Below are positions 9,669 to 19,816 of a DNA stretch of 64,000 bases, piece after piece (positions within the stretch are counted from its first letter, which is position 1; each line of letters opens with the position of its first letter). Source of the stretch: an uncultured Piscirickettsiaceae bacterium. GTDB taxonomy: Bacteria > Pseudomonadota > Gammaproteobacteria > GCF-002020875. The notes under the pieces were generated by a model. The model was not told where the DNA came from, did not search any database, and saw only the letters and a program-made list of their open reading frames with translations. The DNA lies in NCBI GenBank assembly GCA_964344325.1, contig CAYFMX010000005.1, forward strand, positions 9,013 through 73,012, in the 5' to 3' direction. The position numbers and the translations under genes were made by a program.

Positions 9669-9926
9669 ATGAGCACTGGAAAGATTATCAAAGCAATCCC
9701 GCTAGATAATTACAGAATTGAAATCCAAACCAGCATCGGAATTTCAGGCATTTTCGATGTAAAACCCTATTTAAATGGAAGCGCATTTCAAGAATTGACT
9801 GATCAATCCTATTTCAAACTTGTCCGCCCTGCATACCATGGAATCGCATGGCCACACGAACAAGATTTCAGCGCAGATACGATTATTTGGGACATACAAA
9901 ACAACAAAAATATCCAGCAATGCTAA
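9669..9926 (+). CDS. DUF2442-like protein
   Basis: IIKAIPLDNYRIEIQTSIGISGIFDVKPYLNG…YFKLVRPAYHGIAWPHEQDFSADTI follows the DUF2442 pattern. Start taken at MSTGK; track ORF begins 9642. Confidence 0.55.
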   Translation: MSTGKIIKAIPLDNYRIEIQTSIGISGIFDVKPYLNGSAFQELTDQSYFKLVRPAYHGIAWPHEQDFSADTIIWDIQNNKNIQQC

Positions 9927-9930
9927 GCCT

Positions 9931-10509
9931 ATGACTGTAACAACCCTTAAGAAAAACCTTAAAACACTTTCAAACGATGATCTAGTCCAATATATTGTAG
10001 ACCTCTACAAGAAAGACAAGTTCGTCAAAGACTATTTTGATATAGAATTCAGTAAAAATAACCAAAATGATTTAGAGATATTTAATAAATACAAAAATAC
10101 TATAGAACATGAATTTTTCCCCACCAGGGGACATGGGAAGGCAAGGATTTCCAAACCCAAAAAGGCAATTTCAGAATACAAAAAAATATCAAACAACCAA
10201 ACTCATATTGCAGAACTGATGATTTTCTATGTAGAAAATGGTGTACAATTCACGTTTGAGTACGGCGATATTAACGACCAATTTTATACAAGCATGGGAA
10301 AAATGTATGAAGATGCATTAAAACATATAAAAGAACATGGGCTAAAAGATGCATTCCGTTTCAGATGCAAAAAGATCGTAACTGATACTGTTAACATGGG
10401 CTGGGGATTTCACGATATGCTTGAAAGGTTGCACAATACTTATTGCAGAGAATCATTACTTTCCGAAAACAAATTAAAAACAGATGAATCTTATAAAAAT
10501 AAAAAATAA
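9931..10509 (+). CDS. hypothetical protein (AT-rich island gene)
   Basis: 192-aa ORF from ATG 9931 (MTVTTLKKNLK…). The track ORF 9820.. is a 5' extension overlapping the previous gene. No recognisable family. Confidence 0.45.
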   Translation: MTVTTLKKNLKTLSNDDLVQYIVDLYKKDKFVKDYFDIEFSKNNQNDLEIFNKYKNTIEHEFFPTRGHGKARISKPKKAISEYKKISNNQTHIAELMIFYVENGVQFTFEYGDINDQFYTSMGKMYEDALKHIKEHGLKDAFRFRCKKIVTDTVNMGWGFHDMLERLHNTYCRESLLSENKLKTDESYKNKK

Positions 10510-10608
10510 TCCCTATTTAATAAAAAATATTAATAAAAATTACTTTTTTAAATTTAGATTTCATTCAATTTTAAGCTAAACAGTAAACCCGCAACTTAGC
10601 AGGAATTT

Positions 10609-12186
10609 ATGACCACAGACATCCACGCAGACCGCATTCTCATCCTTGATTTTGGCTCCCAATACACTCAACTGATCGCCCGCCGCGTACGCGAAGCTGG
10701 CGTTTATTGCGAACTCTACCCATGGGACATGGAAGAAGCCGAAATCCGCACTTTTGCGCCGAAAGGAATTATCCTTTCCGGTGGCCCGGAAACCACAACC
10801 GGTGATGACGCGCCTATCGCGCAACAAATCGTCTTCGATCTCGGCGTGCCGGTACTCGGCATCTGCTATGGGATGCAAACGATGGCAGCGCAACTTGGTG
10901 GCGAAGTAGAAACCGCCGAACATCATGAATATGGCTACGCGCAAGTGCGGGCGCGGGGACACTCCAAGCTGCTCAACAAAATTGAGGATGAAGTTTCACC
11001 GGAAGGTTACGGTCTGCTGGATGTCTGGATGAGCCACGGCGACCGCGTGATCCAGTTGCCGGATGGCTTCTCTGTTATGGCCTCCACCGATAACGCGCCG
11101 TTAGCCGGGATGATGGACGAATCACGCCACTTTTACGGTGTGCAATTCCACCCGGAAGTGACCCACACCAAACAGGGTGAACGCATTATCAACCGTTTCG
11201 TGCATGAAATTTGCGGTTGTGCCTCCGACTGGAATCCCGCTAGCATTATTGAAGAGAGCATTGAAACGATCCGCAAACAGGTCGGCGATGATGAAGTGTT
11301 GCTGGGACTTTCCGGTGGTGTTGATTCTTCGGTCGTTGCTGCCTTGCTCCACAAGGCAATTGGCGACCAGCTTACTTGCGTATTTGTCGATAATGGCCTA
11401 CTTCGACTGCACGAAGGCGATCAGGTGATGGCGATGTTTGCGGAACACATGGGTATCCGCGTTATCCGCGCCGATGCGGAACAGCGTTTTCTGGATAAGC
11501 TGAAAGGTGAAACTGATCCGGAGAAAAAACGCAAAATCATTGGTCACACCTTTATTGAAGTGTTCGACGAAGAGGCAGGCAAACTCGAAAATGTGAAATG
11601 GCTTGCACAAGGGACAATTTATCCCGATGTGATTGAATCGGCAGGCGCAAAATCGGGCAAGGCGAAAGTGATTAAATCGCACCACAATGTTGGTGGTTTA
11701 CCAGAAGAGATGAAACTCGATTTGCTGGAGCCGTTGCGCGAATTGTTCAAGGATGAAGTACGCAAAATCGGTATTGAACTTGGCTTGCCATCTGAAATGG
11801 TCTATCGCCATCCATTCCCCGGCCCTGGCTTGGGTGTGCGTATCCTCGGTGAAGTGAAAAAAGAATATGCCGATTTGCTGCGCAAAGCGGACGATATTTT
11901 TATCTCCGAACTGCGCAAAAATGATCTCTACGACAAAACCAGTCAGGCGTTTGCGGTCTTTTTGCCGGTGCGCTCTGTTGGTGTGATGGGTGATAATCGC
12001 CAGTACGATTACGTCGTTGCGCTTCGCGCCGTCGAAACGATTGATTTCATGACCGCCCGCTGGGCACAATTGCCGTATGATTTTCTGGGGCATGTTTCCA
12101 CGCGTATTATCAATGAGATCAACGGGATTTCGCGTGTCGCCTACGATATTTCTGGAAAACCCCCGGCGACGATTGAGTGGGAATAA
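10609..12186 (+). CDS. guaA: GMP synthase (glutamine-hydrolysing)
   Basis: GATase domain ([20 protein letters not shown], catalytic GICYGMQ), ATP-PPase SGGVDSSV motif, C-terminal dimerisation domain ending …IEWE. Confidence 0.95.
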   Translation: MTTDIHADRILILDFGSQYTQLIARRVREAGVYCELYPWDMEEAEIRTFAPKGIILSGGPETTTGDDAPIAQQIVFDLGVPVLGICYGMQTMAAQLGGEVETAEHHEYGYAQVRARGHSKLLNKIEDEVSPEGYGLLDVWMSHGDRVIQLPDGFSVMASTDNAPLAGMMDESRHFYGVQFHPEVTHTKQGERIINRFVHEICGCASDWNPASIIEESIETIRKQVGDDEVLLGLSGGVDSSVVAALLHKAIGDQLTCVFVDNGLLRLHEGDQVMAMFAEHMGIRVIRADAEQRFLDKLKGETDPEKKRKIIGHTFIEVFDEEAGKLENVKWLAQGTIYPDVIESAGAKSGKAKVIKSHHNVGGLPEEMKLDLLEPLRELFKDEVRKIGIELGLPSEMVYRHPFPGPGLGVRILGEVKKEYADLLRKADDIFISELRKNDLYDKTSQAFAVFLPVRSVGVMGDNRQYDYVVALRAVETIDFMTARWAQLPYDFLGHVSTRIINEINGISRVAYDISGKPPATIEWE

Positions 12187-12345
12187 TGAACGTATCTATC
12201 TTTCAGGAAGTGGTTGAGAAATAAAGATTCCGCCGCTACACTTGCCAACTTTTTTCGACAGGCTTTGCAATTTGGTTCGCAAAACCTGTTTTCATCGTAA
12301 ACACGTCCCCTCTTTCATGACGGGGGGAGACGCTTGGAGAAAACC

Positions 12346-12615
12346 ATGTCAGTGACTACAGAACAAAAAGTAGAAATCGTCAAAAAATATCAGCGCGGTG
12401 ACAATGATACCGGCTCTCCGGAAGTACAGGTTGCCTTGTTGACTGCTCGAATTCAGGATTTGACGGAGCATTTCAAGACACATAAGAAAGACCACCACTC
12501 CCGTCGCGGGTTGTTAAAGATGGTTAACCAGCGCCGTAAATTGCTCGACTACCTCAAGCGCAAAGACGCAAGCCGCTACTCCACTTTGATCTCTTCATTG
12601 GGGCTGCGCCGCTAA
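12346..12615 (+). CDS. rpsO: 30S ribosomal protein S15
   Basis: [74 protein letters not shown] is near-canonical S15. Confidence 0.95.
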   Translation: MSVTTEQKVEIVKKYQRGDNDTGSPEVQVALLTARIQDLTEHFKTHKKDHHSRRGLLKMVNQRRKLLDYLKRKDASRYSTLISSLGLRR

Positions 12616-12631
12616 AGGCAAAAATTATCCC

Positions 12632-12670
12632 GATTTTCCGGTGGCTCATTTTTGAGCTGCCGGTTTTTTT
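12632..12670 (+). terminator. rpsO terminator, partial read-through into pnp leader
   Basis: ccggtggctcatttttgagctgccggttttttt: imperfect stem plus T-run. Confidence 0.6.
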
Positions 12671-12972
12671 AGGCTACCGGTTTTTCGTTTTTCAGGATAA
12701 TAATTTAGGCAATCAAAAACAGTACGTTTTTCTATTGCTCACCTTCAATTAATCATCATCAAAACCAACCATTTTCAGACGCAGTCTTTCAACATTGTTT
12801 TCGTGAAAAACTGCATCTCGGCTCTGTAAACGCTGTAAAAAATAGAAAAACCAAAAAACTGAGGCGATTCGTAATACATGAGACGAATTGCTGTTTTTTA
12901 TTTCAGAAAACGCAGCATTCAGACGCACAAAATTTCAGACAAAATCCAAGACAGAAAAAGTAGGAAAAAGAC
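12671..12972 (+). promoter_or_regulatory. pnp 5' leader (autoregulatory / RNase III-processed region expected here)
   Basis: About 300-nt untranslated spacer between rpsO and pnp, as in other gammaproteobacteria. Structure not verified. Confidence 0.4.
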
Positions 12973-15063
12973 GTGACACCAATCAAGAAAAGCTTTCAAT
13001 ATGGAAATCAGACCGTAACGATAGAAACGGGCGAAATTGCCCGTCAGGCAACCGGCGCGGTCAAGATCAGCATGGGCGAGACTGAACTGCTGGTCACCGT
13101 TGTGGCGGAAAAAGAAGCGCAGGAAGGCCGTGATTTCTTCCCGCTTACCGTCAACTATCAGGAAAAGTTCTACGCGACAGGCACCATTCCAGGCGGTTTC
13201 TTCCGTCGTGAAGGCCGCCCAACCGAAAAAGAGACGCTTACTTCGCGTCTGATCGATCGTCCGATCCGACCGCTCTTTCCAAAAGGGTTCGCACACGAAG
13301 TACAGGTGATCGCAACCGTCATCTCTTCTGATAAGAAGACTGATCCGGAAATTCCAGCCATGTTGGGTACATCTGCTGCACTGGCTATCTCTGGTGTGCC
13401 ATTCCAGGGACCAATTGGCGCAGCACGGGTTGGCTATAGTCACGGCGAATATATTTTGAATCCGCCATTAAGCATGAAAAACAGTTCTGATCTGGAATTG
13501 ACCGTTGCGGGTACCGAAGAAGCGGTACTGATGGTGGAATCAGAAGCGAATGTACTCTCCGAAGAAGTGATGCTTGGTGCAGTGTTGTTTGGTCATGAGC
13601 AGATGCAGGTGGCAATTCAGGCGATTCGCGAACTGGCGCAGGAAGTGGGCACGACACCGTGGGATTGGCAGCCGCCGGCAGAAGACACTGCGCTGGCGGA
13701 TGCGGTCGCAGGCGCGGCAGCGGATGCCGTAACTGAGGTCTATCAGATCGCTGACAAGATGGCGCGTTACAACCGTATGGATGAGGTGCGTGCGGATGTA
13801 GTCAGCAAGCTGGTTACTGAAGATAGCGAATGGGATGAAGATCAAGTCAAAGCTGCGGTCAGCAAACTGGAGAAGAAAACGGTGCGCAGCCGTATTCTGG
13901 AAGGCCATCCGCGCATCGACGGGCGTGACAACAGCACAGTACGTCCGATCCATATCCGCACTGGCGTGATACCGCGTGCGCATGGTTCCTCCCTCTTTAC
14001 CCGTGGCGAAACACAGGCATTGGTTGTCACCACATTGGGCACAGAACGCGACGCGCAAATCATCGACGCACTGGAAGGCTCCTACAAAGAACCATTCATG
14101 TTGCAGTACAACTTTCCGCCATTCTCCGTTGGGGAAACTGGTCGTGTCGGCAACCCAGGCCGCCGTGAAGTTGGGCATGGAAAACTGGCGAAACGAGGCG
14201 TGATGGCGGTTGTACCAAGTGTGGAAAAATTCCCGTACACCATGCGTGTCGTTTCCGAAATTACTGAATCGAATGGTTCCAGTTCAATGGCTTCCGTCTG
14301 CGGCAGCAGTTTGTCGATGATGGATGCGGGCGTGCCACTTTCTGCACCGGTTGCAGGCATCGCAATGGGGTTGATCAAGGAAGAGGACAAATTCTCGGTG
14401 TTGACCGATATCCTCGGCGATGAAGATCATCTCGGCGATATGGATTTCAAGGTGGCTGGTACTGAGGAAGGTGTCACTGCATTGCAGATGGACATCAAAA
14501 TCACCGGCATCACCCGCGAAATCATGGAGATTGCGTTGGATCAGGCACGGGATGCGCGGCTCCACATTTTGCGTGAAATGCAGGCAGCGATTTCTGCGCC
14601 GCGTGAGGAACTTTCCGAGCATGCACCGCGCTACGAGACGCTCAAAATCAAACCGGACAAAGTTCGTGACGTGATCGGCAAGGGTGGCGTGACGATCCGT
14701 TCTATTCAGGAGGAGACTGGTGTAACGATTGATCTTGACGACAATGGTACAGTCAAGATTGCAGCGACTGATGGTGCAGCTGCCGCGGAGGCGAAACGTC
14801 GTATTGAAGAGATCACTGCCGATGTCGAAGTAGAGAAAATCTACGACGGTAAGGTTGTAAAAGTGGTTGATTTTGGTGCATTCGTGAACATCCTGCCGGG
14901 CAAAGACGGTTTGGTGCATATTTCGCAAATTGCCAACGAGCGCGTCGAAAAGGTTAGCGACAAGCTCAGCGAAGGTGAAACTGTGCGCGTTAAAGTGCTG
15001 GAAGTGGATCGCCAAGGGCGTATCCGCCTCAGTATGAAGGCAGTGACTGCAGAAGAGTCGTAA
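12973..15063 (+). CDS. pnp: polyribonucleotide nucleotidyltransferase (PNPase)
   Basis: GTG start. [31 protein letters not shown]-terminus, two RNase PH domains, KH and S1 domains. Confidence 0.95.
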   Translation: MTPIKKSFQYGNQTVTIETGEIARQATGAVKISMGETELLVTVVAEKEAQEGRDFFPLTVNYQEKFYATGTIPGGFFRREGRPTEKETLTSRLIDRPIRPLFPKGFAHEVQVIATVISSDKKTDPEIPAMLGTSAALAISGVPFQGPIGAARVGYSHGEYILNPPLSMKNSSDLELTVAGTEEAVLMVESEANVLSEEVMLGAVLFGHEQMQVAIQAIRELAQEVGTTPWDWQPPAEDTALADAVAGAAADAVTEVYQIADKMARYNRMDEVRADVVSKLVTEDSEWDEDQVKAAVSKLEKKTVRSRILEGHPRIDGRDNSTVRPIHIRTGVIPRAHGSSLFTRGETQALVVTTLGTERDAQIIDALEGSYKEPFMLQYNFPPFSVGETGRVGNPGRREVGHGKLAKRGVMAVVPSVEKFPYTMRVVSEITESNGSSSMASVCGSSLSMMDAGVPLSAPVAGIAMGLIKEEDKFSVLTDILGDEDHLGDMDFKVAGTEEGVTALQMDIKITGITREIMEIALDQARDARLHILREMQAAISAPREELSEHAPRYETLKIKPDKVRDVIGKGGVTIRSIQEETGVTIDLDDNGTVKIAATDGAAAAEAKRRIEEITADVEVEKIYDGKVVKVVDFGAFVNILPGKDGLVHISQIANERVEKVSDKLSEGETVRVKVLEVDRQGRIRLSMKAVTAEES

Positions 15064-15105
15064 ACCGGTTTTCCTGCTTTTTTGGGAAAGCTGGAAGATA
15101 GAGAA

Positions 15106-15131
15106 AGAGCCCACAGGATGGGCTCTTTTTT
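15106..15131 (+). terminator. pnp rho-independent terminator
   Basis: agagcccacaggatgggctcttttttat. Confidence 0.85.
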
Positions 15132-15427
15132 ATGATGATTTACTGAATCAACCAAGCAAATATTTGTGTCTCCGTCAATCAACAGCAAACACCGAAAAAC
15201 CTTGCGCCTGATCTTTTCCAATCCGGTCAATGGAAATATAGAATGACGCAAAATTGAATCGTTGTTTCTTGCGCTGGGCGCGGAAAAAGAAGAAGGGAAT
15301 GGCTCGGCAGTCACTTTTTTCATAAATGGCTTTCGAACTGATTTTCATCGACCTCATCCCAACAAGGAAGCATTCGGTATCGTGTGCGTGCAGCGCGTGA
15401 ATTTCTCGAAAATATAGGAGCCACACC

Positions 15428-15724
15428 ATGAATCTTATGAATTACCGAGGATACGATGCCCGGATTGAATATGATGCGGAAGACCATATTTTCACAGGTC
15501 GTCTCGCAGGAATTACAGACATCGTTGTTTTTCACGGAGAAACGGTGGATGAGTTGGAAACTGCATTCCACGAAATTGTGGATCACTATTTGGCAGTCAG
15601 CCATAAAACCGGACATGCTGTCCAACAACCCCATGCCGAAGATTTGATGTTGCAAATCCCGCCTAACCTCTACAAAGATATTTCCAACGCCGCAGCTACA
15701 GCAGGAAAAAACATCAACGAATAG
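15428..15724 (+). CDS. hicB: HicB-family antitoxin (apparently orphan)
   Basis: YDARIEYDAEDHIFTGRLAGITDIVVFHGETVDELETAFHEIVDHYL is the HicB RNase-H-like fold signature, with a C-terminal RHH-like tail. Confidence 0.7.
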   Translation: MNLMNYRGYDARIEYDAEDHIFTGRLAGITDIVVFHGETVDELETAFHEIVDHYLAVSHKTGHAVQQPHAEDLMLQIPPNLYKDISNAAATAGKNINE

Positions 15725-15802
15725 ACCTCTGAAACTTCGGCATACGCAGCGCACGCGTAGAAAAAACGGCAAAAAAAACGATAGAAAAAATATATAGAAA
15801 AG

Positions 15803-16570
15803 ATGAAACCACTCAAAATATTGCTGAGCAACGACGATGGCATCCACGCACCAGGACTACGAATTTTGCGGGAAAAAATGCAAACCTTGGGTGATGTGAC
15901 TGTTGTCGCGCCCGACCGCAACCGCAGTGGCGCAAGCAATTCGCTGACGCTGGACAACCCGTTGCATCTTTTCCCACAAGAGACTGGAGAAAACTGCAAA
16001 AATTTCGCGGTCGATGGCACGCCGACCGATTGCGTCCATCTTGCGCTGACTGGACTGCTGACGGAAGACCCCGATATTGTTATCTCTGGCATCAATTGGG
16101 GTGCAAATCTGGCGGACGATACGCTCTACTCTGGCACGGTTGCGGCGGCGATGGAGGGACGATTTCTGGGACTACCTGCCATTGCCGTATCACTGGTTTG
16201 CGATGGCGACTCATTCCAACATTTTGAGACGGCAGCAATTGCGGTGGAGAAAATTCTGGAGCGGCTGGAAGGCCATCCGCTGGAACCGGACACCATCCTC
16301 AACATCAACGTGCCCAACGTGCCGTGGAACGAGATCAGAGGATTCCGTGCGACACGGCTCGGTCGCCGCCACAAATCTGAACCGATCATCCGCATGCAAG
16401 ATCCGCGTGGCAAAGAGATTTTCTGGGTCGGCCCTGCCGGACAAATGGAAGATGATGAAACCGACACTGATTATTATGCCGTACAGCAGGGTTGGGTCTC
16501 GGTAACGCCGATCCACACCGATTTAACCCAGCATCGTCTAGTCAAAGAGATGGGAAACTGGTTGGCATGA
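15803..16570 (+). CDS. surE: 5'/3'-nucleotidase SurE
   Basis: MKPLKILLSNDDGIHAPGL… SurE N-terminal metal-binding motif, full length. Confidence 0.95.
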   Translation: MKPLKILLSNDDGIHAPGLRILREKMQTLGDVTVVAPDRNRSGASNSLTLDNPLHLFPQETGENCKNFAVDGTPTDCVHLALTGLLTEDPDIVISGINWGANLADDTLYSGTVAAAMEGRFLGLPAIAVSLVCDGDSFQHFETAAIAVEKILERLEGHPLEPDTILNINVPNVPWNEIRGFRATRLGRRHKSEPIIRMQDPRGKEIFWVGPAGQMEDDETDTDYYAVQQGWVSVTPIHTDLTQHRLVKEMGNWLA

Positions 16571-17148
16571 ATGCTCTCTTTCAGAATTTGGCGCGGCAAG
16601 TCGCATCGTGGTCACGGCATCGTCATGCGGAGCCGACACTCGCTGGATTGAGCTTTATCGAATCCAGTTTTTTCCCGATTCCACCAGAAGCAATGTTGAT
16701 GCCGATGGCATTGTCCAATCCGCAACGGACATGGCGATATGCGTTTCTGGTGACGGTTTTTTCGGTACTGGGCGGGATGGTTGGCTATACCATCGGTCTC
16801 TTCGCGTTCAACTGGGTCGCACCGATCATTCAGGATTGGGGCTATTGGGATGCTTATCTGCAAGCACAAAACTGGTTTGATGAATGGGGCTTCTGGGCAA
16901 TTTTCATCGCCGGATTTTCGCCGATCCCCTACAAAGTTTTCACGATTACTGCCGGTTCGATGTCGATGGCATTTTTGCCGTTTGTCATTGCATCGCTGAT
17001 TGGGCGCGGGCTGCGGTTTTATCTGGTCGCTGCGCTGTGCAAATGGGGCGGCAGCTATGCGCGTAGCCCGGAGGGCATTCGCCGCTTGAAATGGATCGGC
17101 TGGGGGAGTGTAATAGCCGCCATTTTGATCTACCTGTTTATTGCCTGA
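16567..17148 (+). CDS. YqaA/DedA-family inner-membrane protein
   Basis: Start ATG overlaps the surE stop (ATGA). …GLSFIESSFFPIPPEAMLMPMAL… is the DedA/YqaA signature. 4-5 TM segments. Confidence 0.75.
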   Translation: MNALFQNLARQVASWSRHRHAEPTLAGLSFIESSFFPIPPEAMLMPMALSNPQRTWRYAFLVTVFSVLGGMVGYTIGLFAFNWVAPIIQDWGYWDAYLQAQNWFDEWGFWAIFIAGFSPIPYKVFTITAGSMSMAFLPFVIASLIGRGLRFYLVAALCKWGGSYARSPEGIRRLKWIGWGSVIAAILIYLFIA

Positions 17149-17159
17149 TCTGCTGAGGC

Positions 17160-18218
17160 TTGATACGCACTATGTTGAAATTTTCTGCTCCCAAACTGCT
17201 TGCGCCATTTCTTGCGTCATTTTTTGCACCAGCCGCGCTGGTTTTTTCCCTGTTTGCCATCACAACAACCTCACTCGTTGGCTTGACGGGCTGCTCTGCT
17301 TCACAAATTCCGGTGGAGAATCGAACATCGCACATCACGGATCTTCCCCGAACTTACAAAGTACGTCGCGGCGATACTCTCTATATGATCGCGATGGAAT
17401 TTGATCTCGATTATCGCAAGCTTGGCAAATGGAACAAATTGAAACGTCCTTATCGTCTCCATCGTAGCCAAGTGTTGAAACTGCATCCGCCCGGTGGAAA
17501 AGCGAAACGCAACATCGCAATGATGGATGACCGGGAGGCGATCAACGGCATTTACACCGTGCGACGTGGTGATACGCTCGGCGAAATCGCCAACTCGTTC
17601 CATGTGATGATGACGCAACTGGTGGATTGGAACCGCTTGCGTGCGCCCTACGCCATTCATCCGGGACAAAAATTGCGCGTGGTTCAGCCAAACCGTTATC
17701 AAGCGTCGCAGCCGCAGACCCGAGTCGCATCGAAACCGATTACTCGACAACCGCAGTCGCGCAAACAACAGGATAGCACACAACAAAATAGACAAATTAA
17801 GCCAACAAATCAGCCGAAAACCACAAGGCAGGCTACGCGTAACACGCAAATCGCTTCCAGCTCTGGAAAATGGCAACGCCCGACCACTGGAAAAATAACG
17901 GGACGTTTCTCTGCGCAGTCGGATGGCTTGACCTTCAGCGGCAGCAAAGGCGATCCGGTCTACGCGGCGGCGGATGGCGAGGTGGTCTATAGTGGCACAG
18001 GATTGGTGCGCTATGGCAAGCTACTGATTGTCCATCATGAAAATGACCTGTTGAGCGCATACGCCCACAATGATGCCTTGCTGGTAAAAGAAGGCGATGC
18101 GGTCAAAGTAGGACAACAGATTGCGAAGATGGGCAATAGCGGCACCGACAGCGTAAAACTTCACTTTGAAATCCGCAAGGATGGGCAACCAGTTGATCCA
18201 TTGAAGTATCTAAAATAG
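17160..18218 (+). CDS. nlpD: NlpD-like lipoprotein: two LysM domains plus M23 peptidase domain
   Basis: Lipobox LTGC. LysM motifs YKVRRGDTLYMIA and YTVRRGDTLGEIA. C-terminal M23 (…LLIVHHENDLLSAYAHNDALLVKEGDAVKVGQQIAKMGNSG…LHFEIRKDGQPVDP). Confidence 0.85.
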   Translation: MIRTMLKFSAPKLLAPFLASFFAPAALVFSLFAITTTSLVGLTGCSASQIPVENRTSHITDLPRTYKVRRGDTLYMIAMEFDLDYRKLGKWNKLKRPYRLHRSQVLKLHPPGGKAKRNIAMMDDREAINGIYTVRRGDTLGEIANSFHVMMTQLVDWNRLRAPYAIHPGQKLRVVQPNRYQASQPQTRVASKPITRQPQSRKQQDSTQQNRQIKPTNQPKTTRQATRNTQIASSSGKWQRPTTGKITGRFSAQSDGLTFSGSKGDPVYAAADGEVVYSGTGLVRYGKLLIVHHENDLLSAYAHNDALLVKEGDAVKVGQQIAKMGNSGTDSVKLHFEIRKDGQPVDPLKYLK

Positions 18219-18226
18219 CAGCACCA

Positions 18227-19075
18227 CTAAATTTGCACGCGGCAATTATCAATTAGCCGCGTTTTACCAAGACAGGAAGCAGTTAAAATCACCAACTCTT
18301 TTTCGTTTGATTTTGGTTTCTGCAACTGCCGCACATCGCGGATTGACAAATAATCGACGGAAAAACCGGATTCTTTCAGCTTATGTGCTGCTTTTTTCTC
18401 CAGCTTGGCTAAATCTGTTTCACCCTTTTCAATTTTTTGCTTCATCCATAGCAAAGTCTGGCGCAAAAATGGCGCATACTTACGCTCCTCTTTTGAGAGG
18501 TAATTATTGCGCGAACTCATCGCCAAACCGTCTTTCTCGCGCACAGTCGGCGAGCCGATAATACGGATCGGAAAGTTGAGGTCTTCGACCATCTTTTTGA
18601 CCATCAACAATTGCTGGAAATCTTTCTCACCAAACACTGCAACATCAGGCTGCACAATATTGAACAGCTTTGTCACCACGGTCGCAATGCCAGTAAAAAA
18701 CGCTGGTCGCGTCACTGCACAAAACCCTTCGGAAATGTGCGGCACTTTGACGAACGCACAATTCTCTTTCCCTTCTGGATAAATCATTTTGTCCGTCGGG
18801 ATAAAAAGATGATGGACACCCAACGCTTCCAGCTTTTCCTGATCTTCTTTCAACGTGCGTGGATAGGTGGAAAAATCTTCATTTTCGCCAAACTGCATCG
18901 GATTGACGTAGATACTAACCACCACGCGGTCGGCTTCCTTCAAGGCGCGTTTGACCAACGCTAAGTGGCCTTCGTGCAAATTGCCCATCGTTGGCACAAA
19001 TGCGACAGTAAAACCGACTTGCCGCTCCTGCCGTAGCCTTTCACGCAAGGGGTTGATTTTTTTGAAGATCAGCAT
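18227..19075 (-). CDS. panC: pantoate--beta-alanine ligase
   Basis: VAFVPTMGNLHEGHLALV HIGH-type motif. Full-length 282 aa. Confidence 0.9.
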   Translation of the reverse strand: MLIFKKINPLRERLRQERQVGFTVAFVPTMGNLHEGHLALVKRALKEADRVVVSIYVNPMQFGENEDFSTYPRTLKEDQEKLEALGVHHLFIPTDKMIYPEGKENCAFVKVPHISEGFCAVTRPAFFTGIATVVTKLFNIVQPDVAVFGEKDFQQLLMVKKMVEDLNFPIRIIGSPTVREKDGLAMSSRNNYLSKEERKYAPFLRQTLLWMKQKIEKGETDLAKLEKKAAHKLKESGFSVDYLSIRDVRQLQKPKSNEKELVILTASCLGKTRLIDNCRVQI

Positions 19076-19084
19076 GGTGATTTT

Positions 19085-19816
19085 TTACCTTTTTCCAGAC
19101 TGTTGTACAGAAGTAAGGATACCACGCAAAATGTTCATTTCGTTGCGGTCAACCTGCGCTCGCTGGTAGAGCCGCCGCAGCCGCCGCATCATCTGTCCTG
19201 GATTGTCTGGATCGAAAAAGCCGGTTTTGGTAATGACTTGCTCCAGATGCGCATAAAACCCTTCCATCTCATCCTGCGTGGCAAGTGGGTTTTCGCGGAC
19301 AATTTCCGCCGCTGGCTGATCCGCTTCGCACTGCAACATCATTTCATACGCCATCACTTGCACCGCCGCACCGAGGTTAAGCGACGAATAATCGGGATTG
19401 GTCGGAATACGCATTTGCGCGTTGCAAAAATCCAATTCAGTGTTGCTGAGACCAGAATCTTCGCGCCCAAAGAGAATCGCAACGGGTTGCTCCTGCGACT
19501 CCAACGCCAGTTTTTCCGCACATTCACGCGGCGTATATTCCGGGATGTAGAGATGACGCGGACGTGCGCTTGTCCCCACCACAAATGCGCAATCAGCAAC
19601 AGCGGATTCAATCGAATCGTGTATTTCAGCGCGTTCCAACAGATCGTCTGCACCGGAAGCACGCGCGGTCGCATCAGCATGCGGGAACTGTTTCGGCGTG
19701 ACCAAAGCCAGCCGCGAGAGCGACATATTTTTCATTGCTCGCGCTGCCGCACCGATGTTGCCGGGATGGGAAGTCTCCACCAGCACAAATTTAATGTGAT
19801 TCGGGTCGATATTCAT
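19085..19816 (-). CDS. trmJ: tRNA (cytidine/uridine-2'-O)-methyltransferase TrmJ (SpoU class)
   Basis: IKFVLVETSHPGNIGAAARAMKNM … ILFGREDSGLSNTEL: SPOUT motifs. Confidence 0.85.
   Translation of the reverse strand: MNIDPNHIKFVLVETSHPGNIGAAARAMKNMSLSRLALVTPKQFPHADATARASGADDLLERAEIHDSIESAVADCAFVVGTSARPRHLYIPEYTPRECAEKLALESQEQPVAILFGREDSGLSNTELDFCNAQMRIPTNPDYSSLNLGAAVQVMAYEMMLQCEADQPAAEIVRENPLATQDEMEGFYAHLEQVITKTGFFDPDNPGQMMRRLRRLYQRAQVDRNEMNILRGILTSVQQSGKR

Noticed and set aside
12888-13443. ORFs overlapping the pnp 5' leader/start on both strands
   Set aside because: They overlap the PNPase N-terminus out of frame or antisense. PNPase homology fixes the real frame.
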